Made by a program: the position numbers and the translations under genes
The notes under the pieces: model-generated
Seen by the model: only the letters and a program-made list of their open reading frames with translations
The model's database searches: none
Told to the model about the DNA's origin: nothing
Shown here: piece by piece, positions 48,650-62,731 of the stretch
Numbering within the stretch: the first letter of the stretch is position 1
How the letters are laid out: every line of letters begins with the position of its first letter
NCBI GenBank assembly: GCA_973895155.1
Contig: OZ316896.1
Location: 13,449,469 to 13,513,468, forward strand
DNA: 64,000 nt
From: Marsupella aquatica
Taxonomy: Eukaryota > Plantae > Marchantiophyta
Reading direction: 5' to 3'

Positions 48650-49257
48650 CTGTATCCAACTAAAAATGTGGGATCAAGATCCTGTCTGAGCTTGCAGTTC
48701 CCAATTTCTCAAAATTTTGCTCTGACCCTGGTTGGGAGGAACGTCTTTCACTAAAATGTCCCCCAAACTGACCATAATTTCTAACCTGCTCCCAATTATT
48801 TTAAGTAATAAGTAGGCCCCCAAATCATCTAATCTGGGGATACCTCCACATGGGCTCTTCTCCCTCTCCTCACCCATGCATACTTGCTCCTTTGTTAAAA
48901 TTTGAAATACGGCTCAAGGAAAAAGGAAAATTAAATTTCGATGAGGAAACGCATTTGAGCTGGCACTAGTACCAAAGTCATTCCTATTCGCAGCTACTAC
49001 TCTTTAGATAACATTTCCAAAGAGGTGTGCCGTGCTGTGCCATCGTCTTTGAATAATCTACTGAATGTAGTGCCGAAACTAACTAACGCTTTGGTATATA
49101 AACTTGGTGGAACCTCGAACTGATCTGGAAATTGCACCTCATGCATTGTAAAGTAAGAACATGCGCTTTTGGCCTGACTGTTTTGATGTTCCATCATTCA
49201 ATTTTGTTCCATTCGTCACAACACAAACACAAAGAGATATATTCGATGCCCCAAAAA

Positions 49258-49358
49258 TGAAAAGTGTTATGTGATGGACCCCATGAGGTTTAGGGTCTGT
49301 TGATTTAGGTCTATCAACGGTCTGGATTACTCATGGGGTCCATCAAGTATATCTTTCC
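49258..49358. mobile_element. MITE-like foldback hairpin
   Basis: TGATGGACCCCATGAG / CTCATGGGGTCCATCA with inner GTTGAT / ATCAAC. Confidence 0.65.
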
Positions 49359-50105
49359 AACCACACCACTTTCCCTACCTGCTCCACATCACCTAAAATG
49401 AAAAGACAACAGAGCATCACATGACAATGGAGTAGACAACCACTACCTATCATTGTTGGGACCTTAGTAGCAAATAACTATCCTGGTCTACACATCACAA
49501 TTGAGTACTCTCCAGCTAGGTAGGTCTCTGGATAGATGAATGGGGGGAGGTTGACAATTATTTTGTTTGGGGGGCACATTACTAATATTGGGTACTTTGG
49601 GGGAAAAGTTAGCAAACAACTATTTATTATTAGCTCATGAAGATCTTGGTTTACACATACAAATGAATCATGAATTTGGTCCCTATTCTCTTTTTAGTTA
49701 GTGCACATTTTGAGGTATCAAGTGTGATCTTAGCATAAGATAACCAAAAATAAAAAACATCTTAAAAATTTTCTTTATCTTCAATATTTATTATCTATCT
49801 TTAGTATAAAAAAATATAGACATATTAGAAAATATTATGAATTTGAGTTTATATACTTCCTTTTATCTTTTATAGTTTTTTATAGTTGGAAATATGAATA
49901 TGCCTATTCTCACTCGCGCATGTGGTTCTTACGGATTTTTGCATTCCACCCCTCAAGTTTGGGATTGAGATATCAGAGTTGGTGTACCATAACCATCATT
50001 CTGTGATTTAAAACTCCAAACATAAAAAAAGTGCAATAATTGTAAGTGATCTAGACTCAAAGAAATAAGGCTACACCAAGCATGGTGTCAGAAACAAGGG
50101 CCCAA

Positions 50106-50456
50106 AATTAGGCATATAATCTTACTAAGGTCTAGAGTTATGATTGTAAGTTCCGTAATTATGGCTAACCTTAGTCGCAAATTTGGTTAGGTCAATCATG
50201 TTGCACACTATATCCCCAAGCAATGTTTGCTTGGATAGGAGGATTTCAGGCTCATTAATTGTTACGGAGTAAGTTGAGAGATAGGGATAGCTTTTATTGT
50301 GAGACTTAGTATGACCAACAAGCCTAGAGTGCAATAAAGTTATTGTGTGTACTTGTGGACGTAGCCTTAGTTGAAGTGAACCATGTGTCTCTCTATGTTG
50401 ACTACTTATTTGTTGGATGATTATAGACTTGTCATTGTGAATGTCGTCAACTCACA
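50106..50456 (+). mobile_element. Degenerate solo LTR related to the copia-A LTR
   Basis: Shares GTTGCACACTATATC, GGCTCATT, GTGGACGTAGCC..GTGAACCA and TTGGATG blocks in the same order; ends CA; 5' end and TSD unclear. Confidence 0.75.
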
Positions 50457-52335
50457 AAAGAGAGTCTGCAAGTTCAACTTTGTCTTTGTTTTTCAGTCAT
50501 GCCTTGCAAGATGCCTTGTGACCAAAATGTTAATATGGACTAGGAATCTACGAGCCGTACTTATTTTCCATTAAAGCCATCCCACTAAAGCCCTTTTGTA
50601 AGTGAGTTCTTTACAGTTTTGGCATAGGCTAACAAATGGAAAACTTAAAAAGTTATGAACTAAGCTTTTGGGGCCAGACCCTACAAATGGCATCGTGGCA
50701 ATGTACATACCAAAAGAACAACCAGATATATGCAAGAAACAACACTCAATGATATAAAAGAATTTGTGGGTTTATCATGGTTAGTATAAAATCCATTCAA
50801 CCTGTGGGCACTTGCCAAGTAGCACACTATGCTCTGGGTTTTAGATGTGCAATTATAGCTAGCCTACAAGTGTTGTCCTTAGTATCATAATGTCTTCCCT
50901 GGCTAATGACTAACATCCAAGTAGTCTGCTCTAGACGATGCTCACTAGGGTATCCGTGGATGCTAGCTTACACATGAAATAAGGTGTACATTTTGCCTTA
51001 AGATACACTTCTCTCAGATGAGTTGTTGGTGGTAGAATTCCCCAAGCTTAATCCTAAGTATGGGACTGCAATATTTGTAATGTCTCATACGAGTCTATTA
51101 GAGGGTAGAGTGTTTCATTTCCACAAAAATAACATACCATGTGTAACGAAGGATACAATCATTTTTATTGGTTCTATGGGAAGACCTAAAAAAATTCTAT
51201 TAAAAACAATAAGGTCTTTTAAATCCAATTTTGAGACTTAGAAGAACATTAGAACCTTTTTAATCCAATTTTTGGAATATTTGGGGGAATGGGATTTACA
51301 TATAGGGACACAATAGAAGAAGATTGAGTTGATCTCACCAGATAACTCTAACAAGGGAATAGAGTCAAATATTAAGCCATACCGGGTTAGCAATAGGAAG
51401 CGTTCTAGAGAGAGGAATAGGAAAGTGTTCAAGAACACATACGAGAGTAAGAGTAGCATGCAGGACCAGCAAGACAATTAATTTGATTAGTAGGCTCCAG
51501 AATTGTTGTAGGCAAAACAGAATGAAAATTTGGACTGGGATTTGAGAACTACTTTGTTGTGGCCCTAGCTTCAAGGTCTCATGGTTTAGACTAGTTGGGT
51601 GTTTTTGAGTATGTGGGCTTTCCGGATCCCCTGTCAGTTTTCTTTGACTGGGTGGCCTTTGTCCCCTCGCTTGGTTTTGAGGGACCCTGGGTCCCTCCGT
51701 TTTTCAAAAATCAAAAAGAAAAAGCTGTGCAGTAACGGTAAGTGACCAGTATTGTAGTGGTAACCAGTATTGCAGTGGTAACGTACTTGGTTCACAATCA
51801 TCAATTGCAAAAACATACTCTTATTTGAATCTTATTTGCTTCCAGTTTATCCCATATACTAAAAATCCCCCTACCACTAAGTTTTCTCAGTCTATTTTCC
51901 AGTATTTCTCTCATACTTAGTCAAAGAAGTGTTGATGGCCAATTTGAACACTCTCATGCTTAGTCAAAACATGTGTTGGTGGACCAATTTGAGCAGACAA
52001 CACGCTTTTACCAAACATTTAGTTTCATAAGAAAATAAAATCAGTTGTCGTATCTGGAATTTATTTTATTCCCCATTTGCCAAATCTTAATTTTCCCAGA
52101 GCTACTGAACGTCTCATCTCTGCATTGGGCGCCAAAATTTGTCTATTCAATTATTTGTTGCTTTAACATAATTACGACAGGATTCTTCACTCCTCAAAGC
52201 TTGTGGCGTCAGTTCCATAATTAAATGGCACGTATGAAAGGAAGCAGTGAGACCTAGCCCTACTGCCCTAGGGACCGAGTGAGTCTAACATTAACATTAG
52301 CATTAACATCGCTGCATGCATTATTATAAACAATA

Positions 52336-52765
52336 CATTTTGAGACCATGGAAGACAACCGGGAAGGTGTCGAGTCGTGGGTTCCTGAGTTCCACATGAT
52401 CACGGAAGGATGATCGATCAACCTACAGCAACAGATGCGCGTTCGTCGACGAAATCACAGCTGCCAACGCTCACCGAATGGATGGACTCATCATTAATAC
52501 AAGGCATTTTGAGACCATGGAAGACAACCGGGAAGGAGACGTTTCGTGTGTTTCTTCGTTCCACATGATGAGTTGATGACGGAAGGATGATCGATCAAAC
52601 TACAGCAACGGATGCACGTCCGTTGACGACATCACTGCTGCCAAAGCTCACCGAAAGGGTGCCCTCATCATTACAATGCATTTTCAGACCATGGAAGACA
52701 ACCGGGAAGGAGTCGATTCCTGGGTTTCTTTGTTCCAGAGGATGACGAAAGGATGATCGATCGCA
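52336..52765 (+). repeat. Tandem array of 2.5-3 units of about 170 bp
   Basis: CATTTT.AGACCATGGAAGACAACCGGGAAGG in each unit; ATGs at 52348, 52517 and 52691 (periods 169 and 174). Confidence 0.9.
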
Positions 52766-53480
52766 GCAGACATTATTTTGCAGTCAGCTCGCTCTCTGGT
52801 TAATTTGCAAACTCTTTTAATTGAGCGCGTTGAAATTGCATGCTCTTGGATAATTGCAAACTCTTCGGGATTTAAGAAAAAATCGCAAACGCTGAGGCCT
52901 GAGGGTTTAGGGGTGTAGGGGTCTCTCTAGCTAGCTCTGTTGGGGGGGGGTGGGGTTGGTGAGTGTGAGTGGGTTGGACCAAGTGCCATACAAATCTACA
53001 AATCTTCTGCAGATACAAAAAAAATTGGTTGCCATAAATGTTATTTTTTAAAAGTAACCATGCATGGTGGAATCATATTAGTACAGTATCGAGATCAGGT
53101 GAGAATGCCATCACAATGGATTCACCGATTCAAGGTAAGCCCATTGCTCTTCACAAGTCCTCCGTAGAAATTTTAAATAAGATATACTGTTAAGCAACGA
53201 GACAATCAAAAAATGTTCATATTTTACATAGAGGGGACTGGTGTAGCGGCTCTCATGGGTCTGTGTCTGTACTGGACTAGAGAGATGCTTCGGACCTCCC
53301 AATTACATAATTGAATTGTATGATATGATACGGTAGCACGTACTAAATTAGTGACAAACGGTTAATATCAGCCGAGCAAAGTAGGCCACCTGGATCATGA
53401 TGGACACGAGCTGATCTGAGAGGCACGGATGAGTATGTCAAAATTTCAATTTAATCCATGGTGTGGCTGTCGATACCGCT

Positions 53481-55680
<2,200 letters not shown>

Positions 55681-58600
55681 CTTCGCTTAAGGATTCTGAA
55701 CTAATTTGAACTCTATCACAGATAACTTCTAAGCCTGTCACGTAAGAAGTGTACACGAACAAAGAATGCCTGCACGAGAAACGTATCAGTAAGCTTTTGC
55801 AGTCTGGCAGAGGCCCCCAGAAATTGAACCTCTCGTCCTCTGGTCGAGCAGTCACAGAGGTACGTAGAAGTTATAGTTCCTCGAGGCTCCGCTCCGCATT
55901 CACAAGAAATGTCCAAGGTCTGTTAGTGCGAAGGCTTTTTCCCTTCTCAATTCCCTGATATAGAGGAATACTTCCCAATCCCAAGTCCGCAGCATTTTCG
56001 GACAGAAACTGCCACAACTGCCATATAATAGGAGATTATTTCGCAAGTTGGAACACAGTCGCGGTACTACAAACAACTTCTCCGAGATGGGAGCGTACTC
56101 TCTGTGGAGAATCCGATCGTTTAAACTAAATCAATCTCTACACCAAAATCTTGGACGTGTACTCTGCGGGAATAACAGTTGGAGATCATATATATGTGTG
56201 TACATAGACTTGCAAGCAAATTGTGAAGCCAGTCAATGATCAAGCTCCTGGGTTGTCTGAGGGAAATTGTAAATGGCTCAAGAGCACGGATTTCTCTTGT
56301 AGTACGTATATGTTGAACGTTGTTGGCAATTTGATGTCGCTGGGTACGTTGTAGCTAAATTCCTGATTAGATTCCTCCGGATCCAGCTCTATGTGTCATC
56401 AAAGTCGATACTCACCATCGGGTGCCCCAAACAGAAGTGAATTTCAGACCGCAAAGGTCACCTGGGATTAGAAGAGGTGCGTGGAGCAGGATCCTGATAG
56501 GAAGGTATCTTCCCCACAAAGCATCTGCCGATTTCTCGGGGAGAAACTGCCAACTGCCGTAACTACATCCCGACTAACGTGGGAAATTTACTGTCACCTT
56601 TGACCACGGTCGAATAGTTTATGAAAAATGCCAATTCCCCGGAGAACCCTTGTAATTGCAATCTATACACGGGGTTTACGAATCGTTGCGATATTAAATA
56701 TGTCGTCGCTTCTTTGTGTGAATTTTAACCTAATTGAAACTGCATTTAACGCGATTTTACATACGTAGCCCTTACAAATTGCAGGAGATGCAATTGATGC
56801 AATCCCGTGTATTTTTCCGGTTCTGGGCCAAACATTGCAATAATTAAGCCACCTTTTGCAATTCAAGAGTTTGTAATTAACCAGAGTTGACTTGAAACTG
56901 AGCGAAGAAATTTTTGCAAGTCGAAATACTCTCAAACGCACATATAGAGCTCTCGTAGACTGTATATGGCAAGGGCGGCTGAAAGAAGACTTGCAATTTA
57001 ACTAACTTTACCCACTGCTTCGGTCATACACATCCTGTATTGTACTGAAAGACGCGAGACTGATTAGAAATCGCTTTGTTCAAACGCAAAAGTAGACCAA
57101 AAGAGTCAGTGGATCTGTGAAGCCTGCTTGTGACATTCATGATGGCTCAAGTAGACTGCAAGACACGAAGCTGAAGCCAATTCATTTTGCAAAGTGTTCC
57201 AAAAAAGATCCGTCGGGAATCGAAGAACCCAACTAAATTGTGACTCTGCAAAGTTCAGGATACTGTCCATTGTTAGATTTGCTAGAAGGCCAGTTGCATG
57301 GCGGCCACGAAACTTTGCCAGCTCACAAACTGAGGGCTTCAGTCTCCCGGCCAAATATGTTTACGGATTCATCCTAGAAGTCAAACCGGTGGATAGATGG
57401 ATCCATCTAGCTGACCTGAAATGTTGGAGCTTTCTACTCTGGCTTGGCTGCTTACGGCAAATGGGAGTACTTAGGCTGCGTTGTGCGTACGAATTGGGAG
57501 AAGTCATGTAGAGGTAACAACCAGTGCACGCGAACACCTCAAACTGAGACTGTTCTCAATTTGTCCCTTTTCTTACCCTTACTGGTTGTTAGATATGTTG
57601 CAGGTACGTTTGAGTGTGTAGGATGTTGGTTTAGCTTCTCTCATTGATTGCGAGATCGTTTGCTACTTTATGTATCTCTGCTCTGCTCAGATTAACAATC
57701 AGCAGCTACCAAGACCAATTCTCCTCTCTTGACGCACGGTGTTATTTATGAGAGTTCAAAGCACGTTTGTGGAGATGTCTAGAAGATCTCCTTTCATGTA
57801 CAGTTGTTCTATTTCGTTTGCTTCTCTTATATGCGGTCTTTTACATTGATTGAATCCAACAGACCTTATACGGTCTCTCAATTGGCTACAATTCAGCCAT
57901 ATCCTTGTGATCTTTTATTTGACAACCCACTCAGGACATGTTCTTATTTCGTAAGAGTTTGCCATGAAGATACACTAAATAGAAGAAATGTATTTATATT
58001 TTGGCAGCCTCCAACCCTAAACAAAAATCCCTGTTGCGTGGTGTAAAAGAACGCTGAATTTTGAGCTCTTTCCACCGCATTATCCTAAGAGGGAAAAGTT
58101 GGAGGACGCATCACCGAGTAAAATTATATGACGTTGGACGAAATGAAGTGTGATTAACAGGCCCATCCATGTCAAGCACATGATACACGGCTCACACCAG
58201 CGATTCACTTGTAACCGTTCGAATTTGCATCCATTTATTAGACTATTCTTAAAATGGCAATTCAAGCTACTGTACTAGGTAGCTGAGATGTAACCAGATC
58301 ACACGAAGCTCACTTTAAAGACGTTGCTCAGTGGTGCCACGACGCAGCACGAGTAGAAACTTTATACGCGTTCGTAAGATTATCCTAAACAATATCTAAG
58401 CTATATTCTCCCCAATGAAGTAAGTTTTATCGTCACTTACAGTAGTTATCGAGACTGCATCGAACTTACAAAATTTGTTTCTCAAAAAGTGCCCCTTTTG
58501 ACATAAAATTGTATCGACTACAGTAATGGCAACAGCTTGCAACTTATGCAGTCAAAAGGCTGAAGCATTCGCTCAGTTGTCCAGGTAATCAATCAGTGCA

Positions 58601-59888
58601 ATAAAAACCTCGCCCTGTCAAACGTCATAATTCTGGGAGAGGCCACATTGAAGCACAGGGATTTTCGAAAACAGTCAGACAAAGTTTACACCAGCGCAAG
58701 TGTAATTAATGACTATCAATATCATGAGGATAAGTAAAACTGTGCTTAGATTCACAAATAATCGAGGAATCGGGATTAGGTAGGCCAAGTTGACCTACCT
58801 AATCTATCAATAATACAATAAACCTCGAAACGAGTGTGAAGGATTCAAAGCCAATACTAGCTCACCATCTGGGTCAAGGATATCTCCAGGCTTTTGCGTA
58901 TTATGATTCGTCCCTTTCATTTTCAAATGCTTTTCCAACGCACCTACTATCAAGTTTCTATAGTAAGCTCGTCATCAGCGTAGCCTCCACAAATTCAGAC
59001 TGACAGAATACTGGTCTGTCTCCGTAATGTTTATAAAATTGGATTCCCAAGGCAAAAAAGAATTTTGCTGATGTTGAGCTCGGGGCTTCGTTTCTCAGTC
59101 GTCTGTTCACAGAGCCTTTTAAAGTAGACAACGAATCAAACAGCTTTTTTCTGTTGACCTTTCAGACAGTTTTTCAAGAAAGTGGTCCTTGGAAGAAAAG
59201 CAAGTGAAAAGTCCGCTCTCAGAAGTAAGAACCGACTTTGTTCTTGGCAGAGTAAACAGTGTTGGGTCGCAGGACTGCAAGTTCAAAGTGGAAGACAGGA
59301 AGTTTGCGAACTTGAAAGGCTGAAGGTCAGCAGGCATTCTACAGTAGCTTGGTCGCGGACGGTGAATCCCAGGCGACAAAACTCGTTGGGTAATCGAGCC
59401 GATGGCTGCGGTGCTCTCTTGATATCCGGGATCCCAGACAACGACAATCACGCAGCATAATGCAGAAGTAGCAGTCCCACAAATCTTAGGCTGGCTGGGT
59501 GCCGTCCCCCTAGGCCACCTACTGTTGTACTTCATAGATACTTCGCAAGTTAGCGAGCGCCAGTCGTTCCGGTCAACAAAGCAATTAAAATCTTCAATGG
59601 AACTGTTTCTTATCCATTTCATGGACTCTCAAAACTATTTGCCTGCATGACAAGACTACGGTACCGAAAGCAAGACAACAGACCGACCTTCTGGTTCTTT
59701 TCAAAAGGAAAAGTTCCGTGTATTCGTTTTGAGATATGAAGTTATGAACTGACCTGCTTTATGGGCTACAGGGCTGCTTCTTCGTCTTCTTCTTCATTGA
59801 AGACGTGAACTCTCTGAGAGCCGCTCTTCCTAATCCCCCTAGCAATAAATTAAAGCATCTTCTCCACCGACTCCGCTCCAATTCGTCT

Positions 59889-59919
59889 CCACTCCACTCC
59901 ACTCCACTCCACTCCACTC
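59889..59919. repeat. (CCACT)n microsatellite
   Basis: About six pentamer copies. Confidence 0.9.
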
Positions 59920-60259
59920 CGTTCAGCTCAGCTCGGGCCGATTTGACTGGGCAGATTGCATGCAGCAAACCCAACAATTTGCGTGCACTCCTGACCTATG
60001 TGCGCCTGGGGTGGAGTCCAAACTTGAAAGTCCTTGCATTGCATTGCACTGCATGTCCTCTCTCCGTGCTCCTCGATGTGCTCCTCGATGTGCTCCACCC
60101 ACAGTCATAAACCTGGAGTGGCTTGACTTGACTATTTTGTAACGGATCTCTAGCTACAGTTTTAGCTAGCTCCACGTTCTTGCCTTCCAATCTGCTTCTC
60201 CCTCGGGAAGATCATCATTCTGCGACACTCAATGCCCTTCGTGATTTTCGGCTCTTTGC

Positions 60260-60382
60260 AATCTTCGATGCAGTGGTTTTCGTGTCTTTGTAATCTTCGA
60301 TGCAGTGGTTTTCGTGTCTTTGTAATCTTCGATGCTTTTATGGCGAAGAATTGTAATCTTCGATGTTTTTATGGCGAAGAAT
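60260..60382. repeat. Compound short tandem repeats (about 32 bp and 29 bp units)
   Basis: AATCTTCGATG recurs four times with two different spacers. Confidence 0.85.
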
Positions 60383-60445
60383 GCACAGCATATTTGAATG
60401 GGTGAGTTGTCAAACTTCTCCTCTACTTTTAGGGAAATAGTTCAC

Positions 60446-60721
60446 CCCCACGCAACGCCTAAATTTTTAATTAATAAACACTCTAAAATTTAAGAAAATA
60501 AAATTTTATTATTTATAATCTCTAATTTTATAAAATATTTTCAAAATATTTTCATATTTGATATTAAAAAATATTACAATTTTTATATTTATCAAAATTG
60601 GATTAAAAATACCCTTATATTATTTTAACAAGAAATTTAAGTCTTCCACTCAATTGAATTAAAAAAAACCCTAGCTTCTTAGTGCTAGATGGGTTGGAAG
60701 ATTAGAAGCGAGTACCTGGGG
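60446..60721 (+). mobile_element. Decayed, AT-enriched relative of the 62312-62618 TIR element
   Basis: Colinear similarity including GGATTAAAA, AAACCCTA and GATGGGTTGGAAGA..AGAAG.GAG.ACC..GGG at the right end; left TIR and TSD degenerate. Confidence 0.65.
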
Positions 60722-60962
60722 GTATTCACTTCTCTTGTGAGCTTAGGTGTATTATACTTCCTCATAAGATGGCGTTGTGGGCAATAATGCCCCTTCACAG
60801 CTTGAGCTAAAACCTTCATTTTCCGGTACTTATGGACTATAATGTTTTGTTAGCAAGGTGTTACTACTATATACATATCTGAACGTCAACTAGGCAAAAT
60901 TGGGCACACAAATTAATTAATTAATTACTAACTAAGATACTGGAGTGTTTAAATGGCTACAA

Positions 60963-61092
60963 GTCTTACCTTAGAAAATAATGCTAGCACAGATCACATT
61001 AAGGGTGGCTTTACAAGAAGTAGGGCCGTCTTACCTTAGGAAATGATGCTAGAATGAATCACATTAAGGGTGGCTTTACAAGAAGTAGGGCT
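60963..61092. repeat. Tandem duplication, period 65 bp
   Basis: GTCTTACCTTAG...ATCACATTAAGGGTGGCTTTACAAGAAGTAGGGC twice. Confidence 0.88.
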
Positions 61093-61998
61093 CGTTGCTT
61101 CTTCTTATTCTTCCTAAGATTAGATCTTGATAGTATAATGAGTGAAAACGGCTGTGCTTTTAGCTTTAACCGAACTGCCAAGGAGTGGGGGCAAGTAAAT
61201 GCTGATGTGAAGTTTATGTTATTGTCTTGAATTTTAGATCACCTCCAGAGGTGATTCAAACAATTTCAAACTTTGGCTCTCATTCAAAGAATTTACATTA
61301 TTTTATTGAGCTTCATTTCAAATAATTGAATGTTGGTATGGACTCTGCCCTATATCAAGAATTGGCCCTCCAGTCTGCTGTGGTAAAGAAATGTCACTAC
61401 ACCCAAAGTCTTGCAAAGCCACCTTAACTATCCAACTTTTGTACAAATGGACCTAGCTTCTTTTGAAACCCAACAGGGTGACCATTTATACAAAAGGAAA
61501 AATACATTTGAGTTTTAAAGCAACATTTGAGAAAGGTCTATTTGGGTTACTCGATCTAGTCCATCCAAGTTTTTTGCCAAGCTCTACTGGGCCTACCTTC
61601 TAAAACATCTCATATCACTGTAATGGTTGATAGGGCCTTTTAATTCAATTTTGAGGAAGAAGTGTAAAGAATGTATACTAAAGTAATGACTCAAAAATCC
61701 AAAAATGTCACATGTCATTATGTGATTAGTTCTGTGCCATTTATTATTTTTATTGATCAGGACACCTAAAAATAGTCCAAAGTGTCTCATGTGATTGAGG
61801 GTGCATTCAATAGTGGGACCCCTTATTGAGGCTGAGCTTTGTGGTCCATCTTAGCTTTACCGTGCTTCGTCTATTTTCTCATTACTTAGTGTTGGCTTGT
61901 TATTGTCGGTAGTTCAATATGTGTGTTGCACCAAATTCATGTTTTTTGGTGTCTTGGTTGGTGTGAAAGATGGTTGAGACACGAGACACTGTGCAAGA

Positions 61999-62655
61999 TG
62001 TTAAGCATACATGACAATCACAACGGCAAACCCATGACACATCCAACATGCAAGTAGTCAACACAAGAGATATGCGGTCACCTCCGTGAGGCTACGTCAA
62101 CGGGAACACACAAGAGAGTTTTACTGAACTCTAAGCCAGTCGGCCTTACCAAGTCTCCATAGTGTAAGCTCTCTTCATCTCTCAAGTGGCTCTGTAACAA
62201 TGAGCCTTAGTTCCACTTATCCAAGCATACACCGCTTAGGATATAGTGTGCAACTTAGTTAACCTAATCACAACTCCTACTACGGTTAGCCTAACTACGG
62301 TTACATGTTGTCTCAGGGGCCTCAATCCAAGGGGTGTCTCATATCACGTGCAAAGTTTTGGGGGAATAAAACACCCTGAAACTTAAGTCAATAAATTTTT
62401 TTGAGTAATTTTTTAGCCCCTAGTTTAATGGAATATTCTTGAAATATTTCCAAATTTGGTTTTAAAAAACCCTTTGATTCTTATAATTCTCAAAACTGGA
62501 TTAAAACAACCTTAAAGTTCTTCAGCAAAAATTTAAAAGTCATTCACTAAAGTCAATAACTAAACCCTATACTTATTCGTGTGTGATGGGTTGGAAGAAA
62601 AGAAGTGAGGACCCCGGGCATGTTGTAAACCTAGACCTAAGGTAAATACCTAACA
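61999..62655 (-). mobile_element. Solo LTR related to copia-A, split by a TIR element
   Basis: Reverse complement aligns to both copia-A LTR ends; TG...CA termini; 5-bp TSD CAAGA at 61994-61998 and 62656-62660. Confidence 0.9.
62312..62618. mobile_element. Non-autonomous TIR element (307 bp, 8-bp TSD), same TIR type as 5831-7127
   Basis: CTCAGGGGCCTCA / TGAGGACCCCGGG; TSD CATGTTGT at 62304-62311 and 62619-62626. Confidence 0.9.
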
Positions 62656-62672
62656 CAAGAAGGAAACACGAT

Positions 62673-62731
62673 AGAGGAGAGGAGAGGAGAGGAGAGGAGA
62701 GGAGAGGAGAGGAGAGGAGAGGAGAGGAGAG
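62673..62731. repeat. (GGAGA)n microsatellite
   Basis: About 11-12 pentamer copies. Confidence 0.95.

Noticed and set aside
59119-59622. 167-aa minus-strand ORF
   Set aside because: No recognisable motif; cannot be supported without expression or homology data
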